Below, piece after piece: positions 12,198 through 25,904 of a DNA stretch of 64,000 nt; position 1 is the first letter of the stretch; every line of letters begins with the position of its first letter. Below the pieces are notes generated by a model, which searched no databases, was not told where the DNA came from, and saw only the letters and a list, made by a program, of their open reading frames with translations. The stretch is from Mustelus asterias (Eukaryota), in NCBI RefSeq assembly GCF_964213995.1, contig NC_135812.1, forward strand, positions 43,896,001 through 43,960,000, given 5' to 3'. Made by a program: the position numbers and the translations under genes.

Positions 12198-12996
12198 GAT
12201 CAAGATTCAAAATATTTAGAATGAATAATTTATTGGGGTGCATTCCTTTCTTCTCAAAAGTAGGGTGGAGGTAATCTCTTATGCTTAGCTTGCATTCTTG
12301 CTTCAGATCTTAAATATCCTTTGTATTCAACAATCTCAATCTTCCAGTTATTAAAACTTCTGCTGAACCACACCAGACTTGATTGGGTGACTGCGTCAGA
12401 AACACGTACAAGATTTTGAGCACAAGTATTGGAAAAGGTAGACAATTATACAAGAATACTCAAATGAAGCAAGAGGCATCAAGACGTATAGTCTAAATTG
12501 ACTCTTGTTCAAACTACTAATGGAAACTGTGCAATCCAAAAACTGTTGATGAGCTAGATCTCATGCACTAGCAAAAAGAAAATTAGCACTGTAGGAACTT
12601 TACTAATCTATCAAGGAACTTAAAACAATAAATTTGACTGCCAGTTTTGTCATAAAACAAGCTTCTACAATTTGCTCATTTAATCTAAATTATTTCTTTA
12701 TGAATAGGTACAAGCAGTGCAATAACTGCTGCTTATAAGCACACAAACATGATAAGTACAGTCCAAAGTTCTCCGAAATAACTGATTGTCTGGTTCAGAG
12801 GGATGGTTGAAGGAAAGTACCTTGTACTCAAAGTTTGTCTGCAGCAAATAACCCATGGATGTATTTGCTGAAAATCTTGGAATAGCCTAACATGAACACT
12901 ATATAACAGACTAGAAAAGATCCATTGGTCCATCAAACCTGCATCACATTACAGTTATGCTCCACCTACCTGAAGCCACATAATATTCTAGGAGAC

Positions 12997-13338
12997 GGGG
13001 CGGCACGGTAGCACAGTGGTTAGCACTGCTGCTTCACAGCTCCAGGGACCTGGGTTCGATTCCCGGCTTGGGTCACTGTCTGTGTGGAGTTTGCACATTC
13101 TCCTCGTGTCTGCGTGGGTTTCCTCCGGGTGCTCCGGTTTCCTCCCACAGTCCAAAGATGTGCGGGTTAGGTTGATTGGCCAGGTTAAAAATTGCCCCTT
13201 AGAGTCCTGAGATGCGTAGGTTAGAGGGATTAGCGGGTAAAATATGTGGGAGTAGGGCCTGGGTGGGATTGTGGTCGGTGCAGACTTGATGGGCCGAATG
13301 GCCTCCTTCTGCACTGTAGGGATTCTATGATTCTATGA
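12997..13338 (+). mobile_element. HE1 V-SINE, full length and young, CR1-type tail
   Basis: A box tagcacagtgg, B box ggttcgattcc, V-domain, tail gcactgtagggattctatgattctatga. Confidence 0.95.
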
Positions 13339-13689
13339 GACACAAATGAACCAGCCAAAGTTAGTAAAGTATCCTGGAAAATATACCTCCAACCCAAAAA
13401 CTAGCCCTGGAGATTATGTGGACCCTAATTATTACAGAATACCTAACTCTTGTACAAGGTACCAGAAATAGGTTGAGCCCTCTTCTGAAGGAATACAATA
13501 AATCAGTATTGAATACACAAGCTGTCAGCACGTTGGCCCCTGTCCAAGTTTCAGGTGAAAGGATATTTTAAGTTACCAATGCAAGTTTAAATTTGCATAG
13601 TGGTGCTCTTAGAAGCGCACTTATAATAATCATAACGTAGCAAACACATCTTACTCCTTCAACAATAGCTCTGTAGGAATGACACTGAA

Positions 13690-14150
13690 CTCAAATCATG
13701 AAAATCTGCATAAAATGGACAAACTCTATTCTAGAAAAAATGTTTAAGGGGTAACCTGAGAAAGGTCTTTATAAAAGTCTGATAGGACGCACAAATTAGA
13801 TGTTTCTACTAGTGGGGTCATAAATAAAATATGGTTTTCAATAAATCCAAAATTTCATTATCCAAAAGAGTGGAACTTGTCAGCATATGAGTATCTGAGC
13901 CGAATAGCATAAATGCATTTAAGGGGGAAAAAAATACATGCAACCACCAATATATTTCCCAAAATCCTAGTTTAGTGAAAAAGCCTCTTCTTTTGAATAA
14001 GTTTTGAAAATTTAAATCCACCACATCCACTGGTTCTTCCTTATTCCCCCCAATTTCAGCCTTAAAAAGCTTGAATATGATTTCCTTCCATAAACAAGTG
14101 CCTAAACTGCCAATCACATCACAATTCAAGTGCCCTGTTTCATTGTACCA
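13690..14150. mobile_element. Old CR1 RT fragments in both orientations
   Basis: aaggggtaacctgag (RG.L) on plus; PVDVVDLNFQ (VDVVYLDFQ-like) on minus. Confidence 0.55.
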
Positions 14151-14669
14151 TTAATAGATCTTAGTACTTTTCCTACTAGTAACAGGGGTTTAATGCTACC
14201 AGAGCACCACTCCAGCACCTCCAACCAGAGCCCGGGAGAGCAGCATGCAGTTCCAAACACTCGGTGTTTAAAATTGAGTTCTCATCATCCATGTTAAGCA
14301 GCCAAAGTTTAGGACCAAACGGACTGGATTTAAAAAAAAAAATCAAGATTTTCAGGCTTAGTTTTTTTAAAGCTGGCTGTCCAGTCCATTTTACTCTTGC
14401 TGTGGTACTGCTGGGGAAAGTAGGGGTGGGTGTGGAAGGGTAAGGACATGTCTAAATGGAGTGCCGCATCCACCACTGGGGGGGAAAATGTCATGCAATG
14501 ACTTTCACAAGGGTGTCAGCAGAGCTTAATAAAAAAAAACAACAAATCACGAAGTTTCAACAGCATTTATCAGGTAGGAGGAGGAGATTGTATGGCGGTT
14601 TTGGGGAGGTGCGACAGTATGGGCGAACAAAGTTCTTTCACCACAAACTCTTTAAAGCTAGCTGAACTT

Positions 14670-14962
14670 TATTTTATTTATTTTTTTATTAGTGTCACAA
14701 GTAGGCTTACATTAACACTGCAATGATGTTACTGTGAAAATCCCTTAGTCACCACACCCCAATGCCTGTTCAGGTACGCCAAGGGAGATTTTAGCATGGC
14801 AATGCACCTAATCAGATTTGTGGAAGGAAACCGAATCACCCGGAGGAAACCCACACAGACACGGGAGAGAACATGCAAATTCCACACAGACAGTGACCAA
14901 ACCGGGAATTGAACCCAGGTCCCTGAAGCTGTGAGGCAGCAGTGCTAACCACTGTGCCACCC
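14670..14962 (-). mobile_element. V-SINE with tail type B
   Basis: ttattagtgtcacaagtaggcttacatt... is the reverse complement of the 2997-3320 tail. Confidence 0.9.
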
Positions 14963-15501
14963 TTTAGGATATAGTTTGAGGTCGAAAAGTTGAGCAGCAA
15001 CAGGTACCAGCTATCAGGTGCTCTAGGTTTATCGATATCACTCACTGGGAAACCTGGTGGACCAACTTTTGTGGAATTTCTGGGGCATGCTCTTCATTGC
15101 TCACTCCCTTAGTCTCCATTTGGTAAATTCATCTCTTTCTCCTTTATTCTCCAACACCCTCAGCAGAATCATAGTACGAAATGTTAAAACCTGCATGTTG
15201 CGTTAGATTGAACCGGTATCTGTGTTTTCAAATGTTTCACAGGAGAAAGCACTGTGAACAAGTCTGACGGGTGGAACTGCAGTACGCCTCTCCTTCTCTC
15301 GCTTTTGTGGCCATACCAGAGATTGCCTCTATATATGCACACAAAAGGTGTATTTCTATTAGCAATGTTCACAAGCGCAGATGTCTCAAAGTACTCGACT
15401 GCCAACTAAGTTCTTTTAGAGTATGGTCACTGATGTAAACAGGCAGAGGGAGGGTAGGTTCTGTCCTTCGTTCTTCCAGTAATTCAAAGAAAGGGGTAAT
15501 T

Positions 15502-16528
15502 ATGAGTGGGAGGCCAGTTTGTTGCTGTCGGTGTCGGATGTGGGAGTTCATGGAGTCGCTTAGCCTCCCGGAAGTCCATATCTGCGCCAGGTGCGTCGAA
15601 CTGCAGCTCCTGAGACACCGCGTTAGTGAACTGGAGCTGCGGCTCGATGACCTTAGTCTAGTCAGGGAAAATGAGAAATTAATAGAGAGAAGTTACAGGC
15701 AGGTCGTCACACCAGGGCCACGGGAGGAAGACGCGTGGGTCACGGTTAGGAAGGGTAAAGGTCACGTACCAGAGAGTACCCCGGTGGTTGTCTCCCTTAA
15801 CAGTAAGGGATGGGTGTCAGACGGGAGAGAGGAGGGGAGAGAGCAGTCAGTGATGGGATCCCCTGTGGTTGTCCCCCTCCAGAATAAGTATACCGTTTTG
15901 GATACTGTGGGGGGAGGTGGGGAGGGGGGAGATGACCCTCCAGGGGTAAGCCACGGTGACCGGGTCACTGGCATGGAGTCGGGCTCTGTAGCTCGGAAGG
16001 GAAAAAGGGGGACTATGAGAGCAATAGTAGTGGGGGATGCAACAGTTAGAGGCACAGACAGGCGGTTCTGTGGGCACGAACGAGACTCCAGGATGGTAGT
16101 CTGCCTCCCTGGCACCAGGGTCCTGGATGTCTCTGAGCAGGTCGGAAGCATCCTAAAAAGGGGCAGGTAACCAGACAGACGTCATTGTCCACATTGGTGC
16201 AAATGACGTAGGCAGAAAGAGTAGGGAGATCGTGAGAGAGCAATTCAGGGAGTTGGGTAGTAGGCTGAAAAGCAGTGCCTCTAGGGTAGCGATCTCTGGA
16301 CTACGCCCAGTGCCACAAGCTAGTGAGGCTAGGAACAGGGAGATTGTACAGCTGAACGCGTGGCTAAAGGACTGGTGCAGGAGGGAGGGTTTCAAATTCG
16401 TGGATCACTGGGAAGTCTTCAAGAGAGGATGGCACCTGTACAAGAAGGACGGGTTACACCTAAAGTGGAGGGGCACGAATATCCTAGCTGGGAGTTTTGC
16501 TAGTGCGGTTCGGGTGGGTTTAAACTAA
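15502..16528 (+). pseudogene. CR1 ORF1 (Cys-rich/zipper N-terminus plus SGNH esterase), one frameshift near 16160
   Basis: CCCRCRMW...HICARCVELQLL; VGDATVRGTDRRFCG; CLPG; HIGAND; DGLH. Confidence 0.9.
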
Positions 16529-19455
16529 TGTGGCAGGGGGGTGGGGATCAGAACAATAGGTCAATAAGCTTAGAGGCTGGGGACAAGGTTGGAACCAAGA
16601 CAAGGCTAGCTAAGAGGAAGAGCATTCTGGCGGAGGATGACATCAGTGGGCCTGGAGGTCTGGAGTGCATCTGCTTCAATGCAAGGAGCGTCACGGGCAA
16701 GACAGATGAGCTTAGAGCCTTAATGCTTGCGCGGAACTTGGATGTGGTTGCAGTGACGGAGACTTGGTTAAAAGAAAGACAGGACTGGCAGCTGAATATT
16801 CCAGGGTATAAGTGTTTTAGGAGAGACAGAGGAGAGGCTAGGAGAGGTGGGGGAGTAGCAATGCTGGTAAGGGAGCATATTACTGCGGTACAGAGGGTGG
16901 ACAATTTTGAAGGATCAGGTAACGAGTCACTGTGGGTGGAGCTCAGAAACAGGAAGGGCGCAGTCACTATGCTGGGGGTATACTACAGGCCTCCCAACAG
17001 CCCACGGGAAGTTGAGGAACGGATAAGTAAGGAGATTCTGGACAGGTGCAGAAAAAATAGGGTTGTTATAGTGGGCGACTTTAATTTCCCTCACATAGAC
17101 TGGAAATCGCTTAGGGCTGGGGGCCTGGACGGGGAAGAATTTATAAAATGCGTACAGGAAGGTTCTTTGGAGCAATATGTTGACAGTCCAACTAGAGAGG
17201 GGGCTATACTGGACCTAGTACTGGGGAATGAGCCCGGTCAGGTCATCAAAGTTTCAGTGGGGGAACATGTGGCAAATAGTGACCACAATTCTGTAAACTT
17301 TAGGATAATAATGGAAAAAGATGAGTGTTGTCCTCTGGGTAAGGTGCTGAATTGGGGGAAGGCTAACTACAGCTGGATTAGGCAGGATTTGGTGGCTGTT
17401 GATTGGGAAAGGCTGTTCGAGGGTAAATCCACACCTGGCATGTGGGAGTCTTTTAAGGAGCAGTTGATAGGACTGCAGGATAGACATGTGCCTGTAAAGA
17501 GGAAGGATAGGAAAGGTAGGATTCGAGAGCCGTGTATAACCAGTGAAATTGTGGGTCTAATCAAAAAGAAAAAAGAGGCATACATGAGGTCCAGGCAGCT
17601 AAAAACAGATGGAACACTGGAGGAATACAGAGAAAGTAGAAAAGAACTCAAACAGGGAGTTAGAAGGGCAAAAAGGGGTCACGAAATGTCCTTGGCTGAC
17701 AGGATTAAGGAGAATCCCAAGGCATTTTATACATATGTTAGGAACAAGAGGGTTGTTAGGGAAAGAATCGGACCTCTCAGGGACAAAGGAGGGGAATTAT
17801 GCTTAGAACCAAAGGAAATAGGCGAGATCCTAAACGAATACTTTGCATCAGTATTCACAAAGGAGAGGGACATTTTGACTGGTAGTGTCTCAGAGATGTG
17901 TTGACCCGTTAGAAAAAAATCTCAATTACAAGGGAGGAAATGTTAGGTTTTTTAGGAAACATTAAGACAGACAAATCCCCAGGGCCAGATGGCATCTATC
18001 CTAGACTCCTCAGGGAGGCAAGAGATGAAATTGCTGGGCCTCTAACAGAAATCTTTGTCTCTTCACTGGACACAGGTGAGGTCCCAGAGGATTGGAGGAT
18101 AGCAAATGTGGTCCCGTTATTTAAGAAGGGTAGCAAGGATAACCTGGGTAATTATAGGCCGGTGAGCTTGACGTCCGTGGAAGGGAAATTGTTGGAGAAG
18201 ATTCTTAGTGATAGGATATATGCGCATTTAGAACTGAATAATCTCATTAGCAATAGAGAGCATGGTTTTGTACGAGGGAGGTCATGCCTCACAAATTTGG
18301 TTGAGTTTTTTGAGGAGGTAACAAAAACGATTGACGAGGGAAGGGCTGTGGATGTCGTCTATATGGATTTTAGTAAAGCGTTTGACAAGGTCCCTCATGG
18401 CAGGCTGGTGCAAAAGGTTAAATCTCACGGGATAAAAGGTGAGCTAGCTAGATGGGTGGAGAACTGGCTTAGCCATAGAAGACAGAGGGTATCAGTGGAG
18501 GGGTCTTTTTCCAGTTGGAGGTCTGTGACGAGTGAAGTTCCGCAGGGCTCTGTACTGGGACCTCTGCTGTTTGTGATATATATATATATAAATAAATAAA
18601 AATGATTTGGAGGAAGATGTAGCTGGTGTGATCAGTAAGTTTGCGGATGACACAAAGATTGCTGGAGTTGCGGATAGTGATGAACATTGTCAAAGAATAC
18701 AGCAGGATATAGATAGGCTGGAACATTGGGCGGAGAAATGGCAGATGGAATTTAATCCAGATAAATGCCAAGTGATGCATTTCGGTAGATCTAATGTAAG
18801 GGGGAGCTATACAATAAATGGCAGAACCATCAGGAGTATAGACACAGAGGGACCTGGGTGTACAAGTCCACAGATCCTTAAAGGTAGCAGCACAGGTGGA
18901 GAGGGTGGTCAAGAAGGCATATGGCATGCTTGCCTTTATTGGACGAGGCATAGAATATAAAAGTTGGCAATGATGTTGCGGCTGTATAGAACGTTGGTTA
19001 GGCCACATTTGGAATACTGCGTCCAGTTCTGGTCGCCACACTACCAGAAGGACGTGGAGGCTTTGGAGAGAGGACAGAAAAGGTTTACCAGGATGTTGCC
19101 TGGTATGGAGGGTCTTAGCTATGAGGAGAGATTGGGTAAACTGGGGATGTTCTCCCTGGAAAGACGGATGATGAGGGGCGACCTAATAGAGGTGTATAAA
19201 ATTATGAAGGGTACAGATAGGGTGAACAGTGGGAAGCTTTTTCCCAGGTCGGAGGTGATGAACACAAGGGGTCACAGGTTCAAGGTGAGGGGGGCAAGGT
19301 TCAACACAGATGTCAGGGGGACGTATTTTACACAGAAGGTGGTGGGGGCCTGGAATGCACTGCCAAGCAAGGTGATTGAGGCGGACACACTGGGATCGTT
19401 TAAGACTCATCTAGATAGCCACATGAACAGACTGGGAATAGAGGGATACAAATGA
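16528..19455 (+). pseudogene. CR1 ORF2 (APE endonuclease plus reverse transcriptase), several frameshifts
   Basis: FNARS, VAVTETW, YRPP, GDFN, SDH; KSPGPDG, NYRPVSL, DFSKAFD, PQGSVLGP, FADDTK; breaks near 17910, 18590, 18845 and 18965. Confidence 0.95.
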
Positions 19456-20104
19456 ATGGTCTAGTTGGGCACATGAGGGGCGCAGGCTTGGAAGGCCAAA
19501 GGGCCTGTTCCTAGGCTGTATTGTTCTTTGTTAAATGTAGGAAACAGATTAATCTAAAATGTGTAAATGTGATATCTTTAAAGATTGGGAGCAGTAGAGT
19601 TCCCAGTGGAGGGGGATTGATAAGGTTGGGAGAAGATTAGAAGGAATTGAGTGAGGGGGAGGATTCTCAGTGGAATCCACTCCATTAATTGTCAATGTTC
19701 AATCTACAAGATTGGTGTTGATTTAAATCCTCATTGCCTCCTGGTTTCCAGGAGTACCAAATGCAGGGGAATTTGTCTCATTGATGGCAACAACCAGAAC
19801 AGGAGGGAAATCCTCTCTCAACCATATAGGACTGCATGGCTTGGGATAGAGATGGCTTGTGCTGGGCCATGTCAATTGAACTTTGGCCTATGTTATTATG
19901 TGGAATACAGGGGCAAGTTTGGCTGCAAATTCCTGGAGTTTGAGTTCAGGCCAGATGACAAGAGTTTATTGGAATATCCAGAACTCACGATGTGGCTGTG
20001 AATCCAGAGGGAAGGCTGGGCCCAGGGTCCCAGGCTTCTTGCTGCTGCTGAATGTCTGAGTAAAGGGAATAGCAGCAGGAAAAGCAGTAACCCTCCTGAC
20101 TAAT

Positions 20105-21480
20105 CCTCTTTGCTTATAATGAGCCCACATTGGTTTTTGCTAATCTCTTCCTTTTTATAAATCTACAGAAACTTTTAGAATCTATTTATATTTCTTGCTC
20201 ATTTACTTTCATGTCATTTTTGCCCCATCAATTTCTTGGTCATCCTCTTTTGAATTCTAAAACCCTCCCAATTCTCAAGCATTTTGGCAAAGTCTCTTCC
20301 TGTAATCTCAAGGGAATGCATATTTGTTGCAAAATATGAACAAATTCTTACAATAACTATCATTCCTTATCTACAGTCATATCTTTTAATCTAGCTTTCC
20401 AATCTACCTTGGCCAACTCACTTACCCCTCATACCTACATAGTTTGCTTTGTTCAGACAAACTAAGCTGGAATTGAGGGATTGGTTACATGATCACTCTT
20501 CCCCAGAGGCTCCTTCACTCCAAAGTTAATTAACATTACCCCAATGAATAATACTCAATCCAAAATATCCTCGTTTCCTACTTGTTTCCTTAACATACTG
20601 ATCTAGAAAACTATCTTGAATGCATTCCGTGAACTTGCCCTGCACATTATTACTGCAGATTGGGTTTGTCCCAATCTATATAGATTAAAGCTCCCCCATG
20701 ATTAACTTAAATACGTGAGCCTCTAATTTACTGATTTATATGCTGTCTGATACACCCACCAGGGTTTTTTTTGCCCAGAGCTCCTTAGTGCCACTCAGAT
20801 TAATTTTACTTCGGTTTTTCAACCAAGATCCTTTCTACTGTCTTTATCACGGCTAACCTTCCTTTTCATCTTAACTAAGTCAAATATTATGGAATATCAC
20901 TCTGCAACGGTAACTAAATTAAAACAAATTATCTGTGCTATTTTGAGACAATAGCTTTGCACAGATGTAGTGCCTTTAACTTTTTTCTATTTAGCCTGTC
21001 ATCTTGGCCTCTGCCCTATTACCTAAATTACTACTCTGTTCTACAGCCTGGACAATTCTCTTATTGCCTTTGTATTTGCCCTTTCCTGAACCCTTCCACC
21101 TTTCGATCATTAGTTCAAAATCCAGTCTGGCATGTAGTAACTAGATTCAGCCTGGTTTAAGTGGAGCCCACCCCAACATATCAGATCCCTCTTCCCCTAG
21201 TAGAGGTGTAACACCCCATGAATCAAAACTCCTGTCTCCCACTCACTCTGAGGCATGCATTTAACTTGCTAATCCGTTTGCCCTTGTGGCAATTTGCCCA
21301 TGGCTCAGATAATAATCTAGAGAGATTCTGCACTTTAATCATGACCATAGCTCCTCAAGTTCTCTCAGCAGAACCTTGTTCTATGTTTTTGGTTCCTACA
21401 TGAACAGTGCTAAGGATCCTCCCATTCTCTAGCTGTGAGGAGACATCCTTAACCTTCACTCCAGGCAGGCAACACAACCT
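20105..21480 (-). mobile_element. Highly degenerate CR1 (EN/ORF1 region) fragments
   Basis: ctatatagattaaagctcccccatgat (MGDFNL-like on minus); ccttcactccaggcaggcaaca (CCLPG). Confidence 0.55.
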
Positions 21481-22194
21481 TTGAAACACCAAAATAAAAG
21501 CAAAATATTGTGTTTTTATTTCAGATTTCCAACACACGAAGTGCTGGAAATATCAACAGTGGAGTGAAATGGAGCTCACTGAGTTGAATAAGACTCTTCT
21601 TCAGAGCCAAGTATTTTTAGCACTTTGTTTTTACAATCTTTTGAACTCTGGGTCACAGCTGCAGAGAACATTATCGAACCCTCTGATTATAACATATCCT
21701 ATCACTACCACATTACCCTTTCATTCAAACAAACAATTGAATGGCTTCCTATACCATAGCGCCAGGATCAGTTTACCCAACTACCTTGCAGACTACACCC
21801 TCATCCATAAAGGCAGCAAAACTTTATAGTATCTGTTGAATAAGCATAAATGTTCCTCCAGCACTGGACCTGGGAACTTACCTACCTGGCTCAGTCACAT
21901 CCTCTTCCCAAAGTGTGCCAGTCTCCTGGATCAGTGCCCAGGTTAGACCCCTCCTCTTCATTCCCCACAATGTCTGTGACAGACTCCAACTCCCAAATTC
22001 TGCTGATACTCCTTGAGCTGGAAATACTTACTGCAGATGTGGCTGTCCAGAATCATGACATTCTTCATAAATTCCCACAAGCCGCAGTTATGGCACACCA
22101 ACAGCACAAACCCAAATCTTTCTAATCCTGTTTTATCTACATACTTAATTAAAGCTTGCTTATATATTCAACTTGACTTTAAAAAAAAATAAAA

Positions 22195-23215
22195 GAAATA
22201 CCCAAGAGGCTGGAATCTGAAAAAAAGAACAGAGGATGCTGGAAAACTCAGATCTAACAGCATCTGTAGGGAGAGAAAGCAGAGTTAACATGGAGTTCAT
22301 TTGGCTCTTTGTCTGAACTGGAGAAAATGTGTTACATATTAAAATGTAGCTGTGAGATATCACAACAAGATGTAGCGACTTTAAAGAGCAAAAGGCAGAT
22401 GGCTTGGTGTGGGATGATTTGCATTGACACAATACATGTATGGGATATTTTATTAAAGGGTTCAAGATGGAGGAGATAGGTCAATGTTGAGTCCTGAGGA
22501 CTGTAATGTGCATAATCAGATGAGATGCTGCTTTTCCAGCCTGCGTTGGGCTTCACTGGAGCATTGCAGCAGATCAAGGATGGACATGTGGCATGAGAAC
22601 AAGGTGCTGAGTTAAAATGGCAAGCAACAGGAAGGCTGGGGTCATGCTTGAGGACTGAGTGAAGGTATTCCACAAAGCAGTCACCCAGTCTGCATTTAGT
22701 CTCCCCTATGTAGAGGAGATCACATTGGGAGGAGTGAATACAATAGACCAAAATTGAAGGAAGTTCAAGGGAAACACTGCTTAAACTGAAAGGAGTGTTT
22801 GGGACCTTGAACGGTTAAGAGTGAGGAGGTAAAAGGACAGGTGTTGCACCTTCTGCGATTGCAAGGGAAAGCGCCTTTGGAAGAGGATGGGAGTTGGGTG
22901 TGTAGGATGAGTGAACCAGGTGTCACAGAGGGGGAAGTTCCTGTGGAATGCTGACAGGAGAGGAGGTGGTGAGATGTGTTTTGAGGTAGCATCATGCTGG
23001 CATTGGCAGACATTGCGGAGAACGATCCTTCGAGTGCAGAGGCTGGTGGGGTGGAAAGTGAGACTCTATCATGGTTCTAAGAGGGAGGGGAAGGGGCGAG
23101 GGAGAGGTGCAGCAAATAGGTTGAACGTCCTGTCAGCCATAGATCGGAGGAAAACCTTGGTTAAGGAAAAAAGCAGACATGTCGCCAGTTCAAAGAGTTA
23201 CATAATCAGATGAAA
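22195..23215 (-). mobile_element. Penelope-like element, GIY-YIG endonuclease region plus 3' end (degenerate)
   Basis: FPCNRRRCNTC; VYCIHSSQCDLLYIGETKCRLGD..EY; PVACHFN. Confidence 0.9.
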
Positions 23216-23811
23216 AGTTAGTCATGTGGTGTGTTCTAAGATTCACCAGAAAATGGTTTCTAGATAGTACTTACTAGACACTTGTAAACTTTTCCTCAAA
23301 GAGTAACTTGTCACAAGAGGAATTACCTTAGTATAAGAACTAGATATGTAACCTCCCTTTGATTTTCATAGAACTCTGTAAGTTACTACTGGCACCATAT
23401 CACCCAGGACAATGAAAATATCTAAAAATGGCAGCTCCATAGTGTCAACTGTTCTTTTCACTGTTGATTGGTGCCAGTGCCACTGTACAGCGATGACGAT
23501 TTGGGTGTTGCTAGGTTTGTCCATGTTCATTTGAATAATGTGGAAACCATTTTGCACCTGCTGCATACCAGCATGCTTTGCCAACCAGAAGCAATTTGGC
23601 AAGTTATGATTATCACATTTCACTGGCAAGTATTTTAAATAGTAATAGCAAGCTATTCTGATGCATTTTGCACACATCCTTATTCAACTATGGAAACATT
23701 GGTTTTGATCCAGGTAACTTGTCGCCAGGGTTAACATACAAGAACATTTCATACGGCCACAATCCAATTGGGGCGCACTCTCCATAAAAAAGTGTCACAA
23801 CTCCTCATTCA

Positions 23812-24080
23812 TGGGTGGCACAGTGGTTAGCACTGCTGTCTCAGTGCCAGGGACCCGGGTTCAATTCCCAGCTTGGGTCACTGTCTGTGTGGAGTTTGCA
23901 GATTCTCCCCGTGTCTGCATGGGTTTCCTCCAGGTGCTCCTGTTTCCTCCCGCAATCCAAAGATGTGCAGGTTAGGTGCATTGGCCATATTTTCCCCTCA
24001 GTGTACCCAAACAGGCGCCGGAGTGTGGTGACTAGGGGATTTTTTCAGTAACTTCATTACAGTGTGAATATAAGCTTACT
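23812..24080 (+). mobile_element. V-SINE with tail type B
   Basis: Head and V-domain, then cagtgtacccaaacaggcgccggagtgtggtgactagggg. Confidence 0.9.
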
Positions 24081-25304
24081 TCTATCAATTCTTGGTAGAA
24101 CTTGCCTGTTTTGTTGAATTTGCCTGTTTTATTTAATTTGTCTATAATGACCCTCCAAGGAGGGTCATTATAGAATCTAATTTCAGTGCTGAATATGCAT
24201 TCTATAGCACAACCGTATTGGGGGTTTTGTCACCCATATATTAAACCTTTAACTTGTGGGAAGCCTGAAGTAGAAAATAAAAACCAGTATCAGTTTAGAT
24301 GATAGAATGTTCAATAATCCTTCTCACCTAACCAACTTTGAAAAGCTGTGGAAAAGAGGAATGACATTAAAGGTGAGCAAACTTTAGTTGGGTGAGGGAG
24401 AGGAAATATGTACTGTAGCAATGGCATACCGTAGAGACTTGCAGATAATCATAGGTTGCTCTGTATGCAATGAAATATTCTACTAGGAGCCCCATGGATA
24501 TATCTTAATAAAATGGAGAACATCCAATTCACTTTAAAAAAAGTATGCAGTCATTTCAAACTCCAATCCCCTTTACCTCCAGCACCCCCTGCAATCCATC
24601 AATCCTTCAACCTGGACTTGCAATTGGAAACTTGCAATTAATTTCAAATCTTCCAACTTTCCTGACCATAATTACACTGATTAACAGACTGGTTTACTTA
24701 CATTAATTAGAATCTCTGGCCTTAAGGGATGCAAATCCCCCTTAGCAGTAGAATAATACTTTGTGTGCATTATATTGAAGCATTCTCCTGCCCTAAGCAA
24801 TATCATGGTAAATCTGTTCGTTACTCGAAAAAAAACTTATCATGACTTAGTACTGTGCAAACAGTTAAATTCAGTTTCAGAAAACCTCAAGACCATCAAA
24901 ACACAGCTGTTATCTCAAGCTGGATCAGGAAATGGAGGAACCTGGCACCTTGCTTGATCCAGAGCTCAGCTTCCTTCCCCATCCACTCAGTAATGAAAAC
25001 AGCTTTCTTCCATTTCCAAAACTCTGCCCACTTCCTCTCCCCCTTTTGTCAATGTGATCCTAATCTATGATTACTTTGAAATAAAAAGAAAATTAGCATT
25101 TATATAATCACTTTTCATGACATCAAGACACCCCAAAAGTTCATCAGACTAATACACTTTTCGAAGTGTAATCAGTTTTGTAATGCAACACAGCAGCCAC
25201 ACGGAGAGCGTCAAGCAGTTAGCGTTGACGTACAAGGAAAGGCCTGAAGACCAAGGAAATAGAAGACTTATGGGCAGGAAGAGCATATACAAAGGAGAAA
25301 TACA

Positions 25305-25560
25305 AAAGGGTCCAGAAGGGCAATGTTTTTTTCACTCAGAAGGTGGTGAGCATCTGGAACGAGTTGCCAGAGGCAGTAGGAGAGACGGGTACAATTTTGT
25401 CTTTTAAAAAGTATTTAGACAATTACATGGGTAAGGTGGGTATAGAGGGACATGGGCGAAATGCAGGCAATTGGGACTAGCTTAGTGGTAAAAACTGGGC
25501 AGCACGGACAAGTTGGGCCAAAAGGCCTGTCTCTATACTGTAAACCTCTATGATTCTATA
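25305..25560 (+). mobile_element. CR1 3' fragment
   Basis: FFTQKVVSIWNELP-like coding stretch and a (CTATGATT) tail. Confidence 0.85.
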
Positions 25561-25904
25561 TACCAGTAGAGAATTTGGGCCAGAAAATCCCATTTTGTGC
25601 TATGCATCCAAACATTAAAAATTAGCAATTTAAAGGCAGTGATCTAACCTAGGGGTCAGTCATAAGTCTACTCAAACAAATATATTGACCCAGTTCATGT
25701 CTTGTAAATTGCTTCTAGCTATCGATTATTCTCATGTTAGCCCACCTTTATGAGAAAAACTAATGAATTATGATGGAGTACACAGAGGTCCCAGTGCATT
25801 TTCTCTGAACTACAACAAACATAGCAGTCTATAAATAGTACTACTACACAACAAATTTTAGAAATGTTAATGATATGGAAACAAAAAGCCCAAGAAAACA
25901 TTTA

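Larger units (their letters stand above)
15445..19533 (+). mobile_element. Near full-length CR1 LINE
   Basis: ORF1 plus ORF2 (EN, RT) and 3' UTR ending tattgttctttgtt; the 5' boundary is approximate. Confidence 0.97.

Noticed and set aside
13016-13210. Recurrent ORF MVSTAASQLQGPGFDSRLG... (also at 38850 and 47968), and tRNA gene calls
   Set aside because: These are SINE heads and V-domains, not proteins or intact tRNAs.
23366-23677. 103-aa minus-strand ORF in unique DNA
   Set aside because: No recognisable homology and weak splice signals; ORFs of this length are expected by chance.
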